Source of the DNA: Bdellovibrionales bacterium
GTDB lineage: Bacteria; Bdellovibrionota; Bdellovibrionia; Bdellovibrionales; JAGQZY01
DNA length: 64,000 bases
Assembly: GCA_041739665.1 (NCBI GenBank)
Contig: JBGSNK010000062.1
Location: forward strand, 18,063-82,062
Direction of reading: 5' to 3'
In this document: one piece after another, positions 18,667 to 26,876 of the stretch
How the letters are laid out: each line of letters begins with the position of its first letter
Position numbering within the stretch: position 1 is the stretch's first letter
The notes under the pieces: model-generated
What the model was told of the DNA's origin: nothing
Databases searched by the model: none
Seen by the model: only the letters and a program-made list of their open reading frames with translations
Position numbers and translations under genes: made by a program

Positions 18667-19388
18667 GGATTGTCCGGCTGTAACTTTGCCCCTGGATCGC
18701 TCGGGATCTGTTTAAATTCTTCTAGATAACTTTGATGGCGATCAGAAAGCTCATCGGTTTGGACCTTCTTGCCAAATTGTTTTTTTGCCTGCTCATCCGC
18801 ACGTTGCTGATCGCGGAACTCTTTCATTCTTTGATCAAATTCTTTTCTTTTGTCGCGCAAATGAGATTCGAATTCTTTTTGTTTTGCACGAGTCTCAGAC
18901 TCAAAATCCCGCCGCTTTTCCCGCTCTTCTGCAAAGAATTCTTTGTGGTCTGACTTTTCTTCAACGAAAAAATCATCTCTCTTTTCTTTACTTGGTTTCT
19001 TATCCAAAAATTGAGTGCGATCTTCTTTGGCTTTTTTTAAAAAATCTTTTCGCTTAGCTTTTTCCTCTTTATCAAACTCTTTTCGAAGTTTTCTGAAATA
19101 GCGTTGAGACTTCTTGCGAAGTGAAGAAACGCGCCTATTGAACTCTCTCTGAATAGTTGTGGGATTTCTTTTCTTATCGTCAAAAAGTTTTAGGACAAAT
19201 GCCAACTCATCGTTCTCTTGTTTAATCTCTTCGGGAATATTTTGGCGCAATTCTTCAAGATGCTTGCGATCCTCACTGAGACTCACTTCTTCTTTAGGAA
19301 CAGAATTTTGGGCTAAAGCCAGATGACCGACAGAGGCGATAAGAGGAAAACACATACAAATTAAACGCATACATAAAGTCATGATCAT
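18663..19388 (-). CDS. Hypothetical K/E/R-rich secreted coiled-coil protein
   Basis: 241 aa with signal peptide (...PLIASVGHLALAQ). The remainder is highly charged with repeated KEF/RKEF/KRKDF elements. Confidence 0.5.
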   Translation of the reverse strand: MIMTLCMRLICMCFPLIASVGHLALAQNSVPKEEVSLSEDRKHLEELRQNIPEEIKQENDELAFVLKLFDDKKRNPTTIQREFNRRVSSLRKKSQRYFRKLRKEFDKEEKAKRKDFLKKAKEDRTQFLDKKPSKEKRDDFFVEEKSDHKEFFAEEREKRRDFESETRAKQKEFESHLRDKRKEFDQRMKEFRDQQRADEQAKKQFGKKVQTDELSDRHQSYLEEFKQIPSDPGAKLQPDNP

Positions 19389-19399
19389 ACTTTATTTTA

Positions 19400-19846
19400 T
19401 TACTTCTTCAACACTCGAGCAAGCTCACGGTCGGATTCTTTCTTTTTGATGCTCTGACGTTTATCATGGGTCTTTTTACCTCGACCTAGACCAATCTCGA
19501 CCTTCACTCGGCCACCTTTAAAATAAAGCTTGAGTGGCACACATGTGAGACTCTTTTCTTGCACACGACCCATGATCTTATTGATCTCTTCTTTATGGAG
19601 AAGAAGTTTGCGCAACCTTTCGGGATGGTGGTTGTTGTAGCTGCTGGCCGTGTAAACACTAATATGGGCATTCTGTAAAAAAGCTTCGCTATTTCGAAAG
19701 GAAACATAGGAGTCTTTTAAATTAACAGCCCCATCGCGCAAGCTTTTGACTTCGCTACCCGTTAAAACAAGACCCGCCTCAAACTTTTCAAGAATCTCAT
19801 AGTCGAAGCGTGCTTTTTTATTTTCCGCAATAATCTTCATGCCCAT
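19400..19846 (-). CDS. smpB: SsrA-binding protein SmpB
   Basis: 148 aa with IAENKKARFDYEI..FEAGLVLTGSEVKSLR and a basic C-terminal tail. Confidence 0.9.
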   Translation of the reverse strand: MGMKIIAENKKARFDYEILEKFEAGLVLTGSEVKSLRDGAVNLKDSYVSFRNSEAFLQNAHISVYTASSYNNHHPERLRKLLLHKEEINKIMGRVQEKSLTCVPLKLYFKGGRVKVEIGLGRGKKTHDKRQSIKKKESDRELARVLKK

Positions 19847-19855
19847 TAGGCCTGT

Positions 19856-20680
19856 TTACTCTTTTTTGAGCAGAGTGTATAGGTCAATAAATTGTTGTGG
19901 CTCCAGCTGCTGAGGCCTTACATCGCCATTGTGGCCTAGTTTTTCCAAACTACCAACCACATGATCGCCATATCCCGACTGCTTCAGGCGGGGAGCCAAC
20001 TTTTTTCGTCTCTGGGCAAAGCTCACTTTTAAAAAATCTAAGAAGCCCTGAGTGGCCAGGGTCTTATTTGCCAAATTGACTCGCCGATTGAAAACAAGGA
20101 CACGACTGGCAACATTGGGACTGGGTAAGAAGTCACGAGTTCCCGCCTCTAACAACATCTTTTGATTCCAAAAAATCTGGGAAGCTACACTTAAGAAACC
20201 GTAGTCAGAGCTCTTATGAGTGGCCATAATTCTTTGCGCCACCTCTTTTTGAAACATCAAAACCATGCGGTCAAAACTTTGGGGCAGAAAAGAAAGTTCG
20301 ATGAGAAGGCGCGACGACACCTGATATGGCAAATTGCTAACTAACAAACTTGGTCGCTCCCTCCACGGATGTTCGGCCCAGGGGTAGCGAAGAACATCGG
20401 TCTCCACAACATCAAGTCCTCGCTCTCTCCACCACTGCACCATCGTGCGATCCATTTCGATGAGAGTTAGTTTTTTTGATAACTCCTGCAGAGAATCCGT
20501 CAGGGCCCCCAGGCCAGGCCCAACTTCGGTCACTTGTGCAAAGGCGGCAGGGTCTGCTGCGCGAATGATTCTCTCAACCACACTGTCGCTGACTAAAAAA
20601 TTTTGCCCCATGGAACGTTTAGGTTGAATCCCAAGCTCACTCATCCTAGCTAATATTTTATCTCTTAGAGACTGACTCAC
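19856..20680 (-). CDS. rsmA: 16S rRNA (adenine1518/1519-N6)-dimethyltransferase RsmA/KsgA
   Basis: 274 aa with GQNFLVSDSVVERII, EVGPGLGALT and NLPYQVSS. Confidence 0.9.
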   Translation of the reverse strand: MSQSLRDKILARMSELGIQPKRSMGQNFLVSDSVVERIIRAADPAAFAQVTEVGPGLGALTDSLQELSKKLTLIEMDRTMVQWWRERGLDVVETDVLRYPWAEHPWRERPSLLVSNLPYQVSSRLLIELSFLPQSFDRMVLMFQKEVAQRIMATHKSSDYGFLSVASQIFWNQKMLLEAGTRDFLPSPNVASRVLVFNRRVNLANKTLATQGFLDFLKVSFAQRRKKLAPRLKQSGYGDHVVGSLEKLGHNGDVRPQQLEPQQFIDLYTLLKKE

Positions 20681-21699
20681 AAAGAGGCCCGCGGCAAAGG
20701 CTTAAGCTCTAAGGGAGAAGACTCTCCTCTTTGCAAACGTAAAAGCCCCACCAGGCCAATCATTGCAGCGTTATCCGTGCAGAATCGCAAGGGTGGTAGA
20801 GCCAACTGTACTTTTAGGTCAAGAGCCACTTGCTCGCACGCCTTTCGCAATTCAGAGTTAGAACTCACACCACCCGTGACCACAAATTTTTTATAACCCG
20901 TTTTATGCAGTGCCCTTTTTAATTTTGCGCTGAGCACGTCGACAATAGCCGATTGATAACTGGCACAGAGATCGGCTTGAGACGATTGGAGCTCCTCCAA
21001 ACTCATTTTTTCTAAAAGACGTTGGGCCGAAGACTTCAATCCCGAAAAACTAAAATTGAAATGATCCTCATTGAGTAATGGACGCGGGAATAGGAAAGCC
21101 TTTGGATTCCCTAATTGAGCCAGCTTGTCCACTTGGACGCCTCCCGGATAGGGAAGCCCCATCATCTTGGCAAACTTATCAAAGGCCTCACCTGCAGCGT
21201 CGTCTATTGTTTGCCCCAAACATGTGTAATTTCCAAAACCTTGAATTTTATAAAGTTGAGTGTGCCCACCACTCACAACCAAAGCTAAAAAATTATCATC
21301 ATAAAAGTCAGCCCCGGCGTGTTGACTGTCGCTCAGGAAAGGGGCCAAGATATGCCCTTCGATATGATGAACCCCAATGAAGGGCTTTGCTTGTGCAAAC
21401 GCAAGAGCCTTGGCGGTCACCAAGCCCACAATCAGGGAGCCCACAAGACCCGGCCTATTGGTCACCGCAATTCCCAAAATATCATCCCAAGCCACACCCG
21501 TCTGGGAAAAGGCTTGGTCGATCAATGGAACAAGAGACTCGGTGTGATTACGGCTGGCAATTTCGGGAACAACACCACCAAAAGGTGCGTGCACTAAATC
21601 TTGACTGGCCACTAGACAACAAAGAACATGGCGGTCCTCGTTTAGGATCGCCACTGAGGTGTCGTCACAACTGGTCTCAATGGCTAAGATATGGTTCAT
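20677..21699 (-). CDS. tsaD: tRNA N6-adenosine threonylcarbamoyltransferase TsaD
   Basis: 340 aa with ILAIETSCDDTSVAI, HHIEGH and GGVSSN. Confidence 0.9.
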   Translation of the reverse strand: MNHILAIETSCDDTSVAILNEDRHVLCCLVASQDLVHAPFGGVVPEIASRNHTESLVPLIDQAFSQTGVAWDDILGIAVTNRPGLVGSLIVGLVTAKALAFAQAKPFIGVHHIEGHILAPFLSDSQHAGADFYDDNFLALVVSGGHTQLYKIQGFGNYTCLGQTIDDAAGEAFDKFAKMMGLPYPGGVQVDKLAQLGNPKAFLFPRPLLNEDHFNFSFSGLKSSAQRLLEKMSLEELQSSQADLCASYQSAIVDVLSAKLKRALHKTGYKKFVVTGGVSSNSELRKACEQVALDLKVQLALPPLRFCTDNAAMIGLVGLLRLQRGESSPLELKPLPRASL

Positions 21700-22353
21700 T
21701 TATATACTTTTAAGATTTTCTTGGGCTTTGTTTGCCACAGCTGTTTTGGGGAATCTCTGGATCACTTCTTGATAAAAAGCCTTGGCATCTTGATTCATTT
21801 TTAGTCTCTGAAAAGCTTGCCCCATTCTTAAAGTGGCATCGGCGTACTTCTGCCCCTTGGGAAAATTTTTGCGATACTGATCGTAGGATTCAATGGCTTT
21901 TTCATATTGAGCGCGAGCAAAATAAGCTTCGCCACGGGCAAAAGGTCCTTTGATCTTGTCAGGAGAGATTGAACTTCCAGTATTGCCCAGTTGGCTGACT
22001 TTTTTATCAAGTGACAAAAGGGCCTCTTCAATTGTGCTCATTCGCTTTTCAAGTCGACTCATTTTTGCTGATGATTCTTCGGACGAAACCGCACCAGCAC
22101 CCGACTGAGGCGCTAGGTCACTCACTTTTTTCTCAAGGATCTCGATCTTGCCGTAAAGCTGACGAAAATCTTGATCGATTTCAAAAAAACGACTGTCGAT
22201 TTGAGCGCGCTGCTGCTGAGAACCACCTTGAGTTGCTGGCGCGGAGTTGGCGCTATTGCGAGGAGAAGGGTTGTAATCACCTCGTAACTCAGATCGAGTT
22301 TTTAGACAGGCACTCAAGCTCAATATCACTAGAACTAAGAACACAAATTTCAT
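21700..22353 (-). CDS. cpoB: Tol-Pal-associated periplasmic protein CpoB/YbgF (coiled coil + TPR)
   Basis: 217 aa with a signal/lipobox (LSLSAC), an N-terminal coiled coil and C-terminal TPR-like repeats (YFARAQYEKAIESYDQY...). It lies downstream of pal. Confidence 0.75.
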   Translation of the reverse strand: MKFVFLVLVILSLSACLKTRSELRGDYNPSPRNSANSAPATQGGSQQQRAQIDSRFFEIDQDFRQLYGKIEILEKKVSDLAPQSGAGAVSSEESSAKMSRLEKRMSTIEEALLSLDKKVSQLGNTGSSISPDKIKGPFARGEAYFARAQYEKAIESYDQYRKNFPKGQKYADATLRMGQAFQRLKMNQDAKAFYQEVIQRFPKTAVANKAQENLKSI

Positions 22354-22688
22354 GGCGTCACATCTCCTTGCTTAAACATCTTCACGCGAGCAATATTCTC
22401 AGCCTTCTCAGAATAGTAGCGCGACTTGCGAAAATAGTCAGTGGACTCTTCAAAATATCTTTCTGCATAAGATCTTTCACCTTTTTTTAATAAAAGACGA
22501 GCTCTCGAGTAGATCTTGGGGGCATAACGCTTTGCCTCACTCTCCTGCGCCGAGCGAAAGGCTATTTTTGCCAAGTTCCATTCCTCAACACTGGGCTGCT
22601 TGTTGACACAACCCAAAGCTAAAAACAGAAAGAGGCACATAAAGTGCCTCTTTTTTAACAGATGATCAAAACCAAGTGGATTGGTCAT
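22350..22688 (-). CDS. Hypothetical lipoprotein between pal and cpoB
   Basis: 112 aa with lipobox FLALGC and a helical charged body. It is coupled to both neighbours. The true start is possibly the internal Met at 22640. Confidence 0.5.
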   Translation of the reverse strand: MTNPLGFDHLLKKRHFMCLFLFLALGCVNKQPSVEEWNLAKIAFRSAQESEAKRYAPKIYSRARLLLKKGERSYAERYFEESTDYFRKSRYYSEKAENIARVKMFKQGDVTP

Positions 22689-22691
22689 GAA

Positions 22692-23186
22692 TTACTGAAT
22701 GGGTACGAAGTTAGCTCTGCGGTTGGCGGCGTGGGCCTCTTCATTGTCGCCAGCGTTGAGTGGCTTCTCTTCACCGTAGCTAAGAACAGAAAGTCGGCTC
22801 TCTGGGATGCCAAGGCTGACCAAGTAAGACTTAACAGAGTTCGCACGACGCTCACCCAGAGTTAAATTGTACTCAATTGAACCACGAGAATCACAATGTC
22901 CTTCAATCTGAAGATTTACATTGCCATTAGAGCGCATAAAGTCGGCGTTCTGAGACAAAATATTGCGAGCCTCAGGACTTAAGCTAAAACGATCGTACTC
23001 AAAATGAACAGTGGCAAGACCTTGGATATTTCCGCTGTCAGAGCCCATGGGGTCAAATCCAATTGGCTGTTCGGTGATTCCACCGTCAACTTCCATTGTA
23101 TCAATCACATCGTCATCTTTTTTCTTGGATGAACAGGCTGCAACAAAAGCTAACGCTGTTAAAGCCAAAATGATATTCTTCCACAT
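22692..23186 (-). CDS. pal: Peptidoglycan-associated lipoprotein Pal (OmpA-like domain)
   Basis: 164 aa with lipobox FVAACS. OmpA-like domain present (VHFEYDRFSL..., IEGHCDSRGSIEYNLTLGERRANSV). Confidence 0.85.
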   Translation of the reverse strand: MWKNIILALTALAFVAACSSKKKDDDVIDTMEVDGGITEQPIGFDPMGSDSGNIQGLATVHFEYDRFSLSPEARNILSQNADFMRSNGNVNLQIEGHCDSRGSIEYNLTLGERRANSVKSYLVSLGIPESRLSVLSYGEEKPLNAGDNEEAHAANRRANFVPIQ

Positions 23187-23345
23187 TCTGCACTCCTTTG
23201 AAGTTCATTTGTTATAAGGCCGTTTATCTGTATAACTCAAGCCGCAAAACAAATGTCTGTGTATGTTTGTATTTTAAAAACTCTGCAATTGATGTCAAAC
23301 TCTTAAAAGAGTACCCATCAACATTTTTAGGATCCCAAGCTGCGC

Positions 23346-26309
23346 ATGTTTAAAATAAAATTTGTCTTTACCTTTTTGCTTTTCTTTCTTTGCTCCAGCC
23401 CACAAGGCTTACAGGCGCAGACCGACCCACGCATCCATTGGAAAGAGATCGAAACCAAAGATGCCTTTTGGCTTTTTGACGCCAAACATCAAGAGGTCGC
23501 TGAATACTATATAATGCAGTTTGAACGGGCAAAAGCGCAGGTTGTCCCACTTTTTAAAGAGACATCTCGTAAAATGACAATCCTTCTTGTGGACAACACC
23601 GACATGTCTAACGGCTCGGCACAAGTAACCCCACAGCCTTTGATCACACTGTTCTTAGTCAACCCATCGACCCATTCATCTATTGGCGAGTTCCAAAATC
23701 AGGTTTATGAGCTTTTAGTTCACGAGTACACCCATATTCTGAACATGGAGCCGGTTCATGGTTGGATTCGCCCCTTCTACTGGGTTTTTGGATCCACCGC
23801 CCGCCCTAATATGATGCTGCCACGCTGGTACACCGAAGGCTTGGCCGTTTACACAGAATCCGCATTGTCAGAGAACGGCGGACGCCTTCGCTCCCAATAC
23901 CTGGAGTCTTTAAGTCGAGCCCTGACTCTTGAAAACAAGTGGAAAGACTATCCTCTTGACGAACTCAATGACGTTCAATGGGATTGGTTGGGAGGCTCTA
24001 GAGCCTATCTTTTTGGTGGCATTCTTTGGGACAATATCACCCGTGAGGGTGGAGATGAGATCATCTATAAATTGAATCAAAATTATTCGCGACGTATTCC
24101 CTTTCTGCTGACGGGTCCCTTAAAAAATCATTTGGGCAGTGATTTTAATCAACAATTAGAACGAGCCTACGATTACTGGAACAAGAGAAGTCTGGAACAG
24201 ATTCAAAGGATTCGCGAAAAGCCCACCCTAGACGGAAAAACCGTAGCCGCCGGTGAAAATGAACTTGTCTATGCCCCAAGTATTAGTCCCGACGGACTAT
24301 GGATGGCGTACATAACCGATAACCCCGAGGGTGACGGTCATGTGATGCTCACCCTAAGACATCCCCGTCACGGCTTTATGGGTTACGAACCTAAGAAAAT
24401 ATTGGATAGTACTGAGGCCCAAAGCTTGAACTGGCATCCTGCTGCAACCGGTTTTGTTTTTGAACGAATCGGCCGTCATAAACGTTTTTATCGTTTTTAT
24501 GATCTTTATTTTTATGACCTTAAAACAAATAAAAGCACTCGCCTCACCCGAGGAGCCAGAGCCCACCAAGCCTGCTTCTCCCCCCGGGGAGACAAACTTT
24601 ATTTTTTAACTAACAGAGCTGCCAGTAAGAATATTGAAGTCATGGACTGGCAGACAAAAACAACGAAAACTCTCTATAAAGCTCCTTTAGGTGATGACTT
24701 ACGTCACCTTTCCTGTATCGACAAAGACAACCTTCTCCTAGTCGAGCAGCTTCCCAACAAATCTCCACACCTGTCTCGTCTAAGCCTTGCCGACAACTCT
24801 ATGAAGGTCGTTTTTGAAAAATATCCTGTACGCTTCCTCAAACAAACTTCCAAGGGGACGCTCATCAGCTCACGGCAAACTGGCGTGGAAAATCTTTACT
24901 TATTTGAAAATGAATCCCTAGAAACAGCAAAGGCAATCACCAACTCCTTAACTCGTGCTTTTCAAGGAGAGATCGACCCCCTAGATGACAGCCTTTACTA
25001 CAGTCAGAGCAGCGCACAGGGAAGTCGCTTGCTCAGAATGAGTGGCGCCCAATGGGAGAGCCTGGATGACTTACCCCCACAAGTGGAGCCCCTCTTCACT
25101 CCCAGAAGGGAGGCTTCCCAACAAGCGACCCCACGGCTGCCAAAGGGACAAAAGACCACAATTCAGATCGGCAAACGGGATGGCAAACAAGACATTCAGG
25201 AAGAGCAGACGACGGCAAGAGAACAGGCCCCCAAGACGCAAACAAGCCGCGACTTCAGGCCCTGGCGCTACCTTTACCCCAATCACTGGATCCCTTTTGT
25301 TTATCTGGTCGACGGAGGTCAACTTTATCAGGCTATGACTTCTGCTGGGGACCCAATGGGAATAAATAATATTTCATTGATTGGTCAGTGGGACACGCTC
25401 ACAAGGAAGCCAGGGGTCAGCCTATCCTACTTGAACAACTCCACACCCTTGACTTTAGGTGGCTCTGTCTCAGACGTTTATAACTACTTCTTTAATGACG
25501 GTAGCACTTTGCATTTTACGAATGTGCAGTTTTTGGCGTCCTATCGTCTGGATAACACCGCAATTGGACGCAACACAAATGCGGGACGGTTGAGTTTTCG
25601 TTGGCGTTACAGCGGACTCAATTTCAACAACCAAAACTATATCCGACAAGGTCCACAATTGGAGTTTAATTACAGTAAACTTCGGAGCAAGGCGAATGAC
25701 ATTTCTCCAAGTGCGGGTTGGCGTTTTGATTTGGGTCATAGAGAATATTTATCAAATCTTGGCAATATTGATTACAGTGAGTCCTACACTCATCTCGGTA
25801 GTTTTTGGTCCTCCTTCACCCCCAAGCGCCATGTTTTTTATCTCGGGATTAATGCGAGCTACGCCCCCGAATTGAGTAACAGTTTTTTTGCTACCAGCAC
25901 TTTGGCCGGCCCTTTCATCAATCCTCAAATTACCAACACATCATTTATGCAAAGAGGCTATCCCACCGGCGTTTTTATCGCTCGCAACATCGTCAACACC
26001 AATGCCGAGTACCGTTTTCCGGTAGCTTCCATTTTTAGCGGCTGGACGCAGCCCCCTTTCTTTATCAAGAACCTTCAGGGCAGCTTTGTCTTTGATGCCA
26101 CATCTTTAGATGGTCTTTACAGTGACTCCGCCCTTCGCGCCAGTCGCCCAGCGGACTTTGGACGTTGGTTCACAGGCTATGGAATTGAGCTCGAATCCAA
26201 TGTGCAAGTGGGCTTTCATGTTCCCGTAACCTTCACTTTAGGCCTCTATTACGGGGAAGATCTGAACTCATTTGGAGGATTTAACACTTTTTTCAACATC
26301 CGCCTGTGA
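23346..26309 (+). CDS. Large exported protein: gluzincin-type metallopeptidase (Peptidase_MA-like) + PD40/TolB-like repeats + C-terminal beta-barrel-like region
   Basis: 987 aa with a signal peptide. HExxH is present (LVHEYTHILN) followed by RWYTEGLAVYTES. PD40-like repeats are present (SISPDGLWMAYIT; CFSPRGDKLYFLT). The C-terminal 350 aa is rich in alternating aromatic/Gly/Asn beta-strand patterns. Confidence 0.7.
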   Translation: MFKIKFVFTFLLFFLCSSPQGLQAQTDPRIHWKEIETKDAFWLFDAKHQEVAEYYIMQFERAKAQVVPLFKETSRKMTILLVDNTDMSNGSAQVTPQPLITLFLVNPSTHSSIGEFQNQVYELLVHEYTHILNMEPVHGWIRPFYWVFGSTARPNMMLPRWYTEGLAVYTESALSENGGRLRSQYLESLSRALTLENKWKDYPLDELNDVQWDWLGGSRAYLFGGILWDNITREGGDEIIYKLNQNYSRRIPFLLTGPLKNHLGSDFNQQLERAYDYWNKRSLEQIQRIREKPTLDGKTVAAGENELVYAPSISPDGLWMAYITDNPEGDGHVMLTLRHPRHGFMGYEPKKILDSTEAQSLNWHPAATGFVFERIGRHKRFYRFYDLYFYDLKTNKSTRLTRGARAHQACFSPRGDKLYFLTNRAASKNIEVMDWQTKTTKTLYKAPLGDDLRHLSCIDKDNLLLVEQLPNKSPHLSRLSLADNSMKVVFEKYPVRFLKQTSKGTLISSRQTGVENLYLFENESLETAKAITNSLTRAFQGEIDPLDDSLYYSQSSAQGSRLLRMSGAQWESLDDLPPQVEPLFTPRREASQQATPRLPKGQKTTIQIGKRDGKQDIQEEQTTAREQAPKTQTSRDFRPWRYLYPNHWIPFVYLVDGGQLYQAMTSAGDPMGINNISLIGQWDTLTRKPGVSLSYLNNSTPLTLGGSVSDVYNYFFNDGSTLHFTNVQFLASYRLDNTAIGRNTNAGRLSFRWRYSGLNFNNQNYIRQGPQLEFNYSKLRSKANDISPSAGWRFDLGHREYLSNLGNIDYSESYTHLGSFWSSFTPKRHVFYLGINASYAPELSNSFFATSTLAGPFINPQITNTSFMQRGYPTGVFIARNIVNTNAEYRFPVASIFSGWTQPPFFIKNLQGSFVFDATSLDGLYSDSALRASRPADFGRWFTGYGIELESNVQVGFHVPVTFTLGLYYGEDLNSFGGFNTFFNIRL

Positions 26310-26342
26310 CAAACTTGACAGGCTTCCCTCTTTCTTTCTAAC

Positions 26343-26867
26343 ATGGGTAATGCGGCATGGCGTCGCTGGAGGATGGAGCCCATGGATACACTCAATTGGA
26401 TCAAAGATCTTGTTCGCGCCGAACAAGATATGGAAGAGTCTGGAATGATCCAAATCACAACTGGATTTGAGCCCGAAAAGCACCTCTACAATGAAACCCT
26501 CCTGTTTTTAAGTGCTTTGAAAAGAGATTTTGTCGACGCCTCAACGGCCTTCAATCAAATGAAGGGTTCTCCTATGGGCCGCATAAAGATTTATAGTATT
26601 TCACAAACGCAAGCTGATTTTATGCTCTTTCGTAATGGTTTTAAGCTTATTTTCAGTATGAAGCAGCCCGGGACTATTTCTATGAAGTTCCACCGCGCCC
26701 AAGGACTCAACCCAGCCTTTCAAAGTGGTGAGTCTGACGAAGAGTTTTTAATGGCCAAATGGGGCCCCTTTGGCGATCTCGTCTGGTCCTACAACAATCA
26801 GCCCATCAAGGTCGATTATCTCATCAAATATTACACCACTCGATTTGTACACGAAAGCGCCAAGTAA
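26343..26867 (+). CDS. Hypothetical protein (174 aa)
   Basis: ORF 33 nt after the 987-aa gene and 9 nt before the next gene. No motif recognised, and the start is uncertain (Met 1, 11 or 14). Confidence 0.45.
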   Translation: MGNAAWRRWRMEPMDTLNWIKDLVRAEQDMEESGMIQITTGFEPEKHLYNETLLFLSALKRDFVDASTAFNQMKGSPMGRIKIYSISQTQADFMLFRNGFKLIFSMKQPGTISMKFHRAQGLNPAFQSGESDEEFLMAKWGPFGDLVWSYNNQPIKVDYLIKYYTTRFVHESAK

Positions 26868-26876
26868 ATCAGGATT

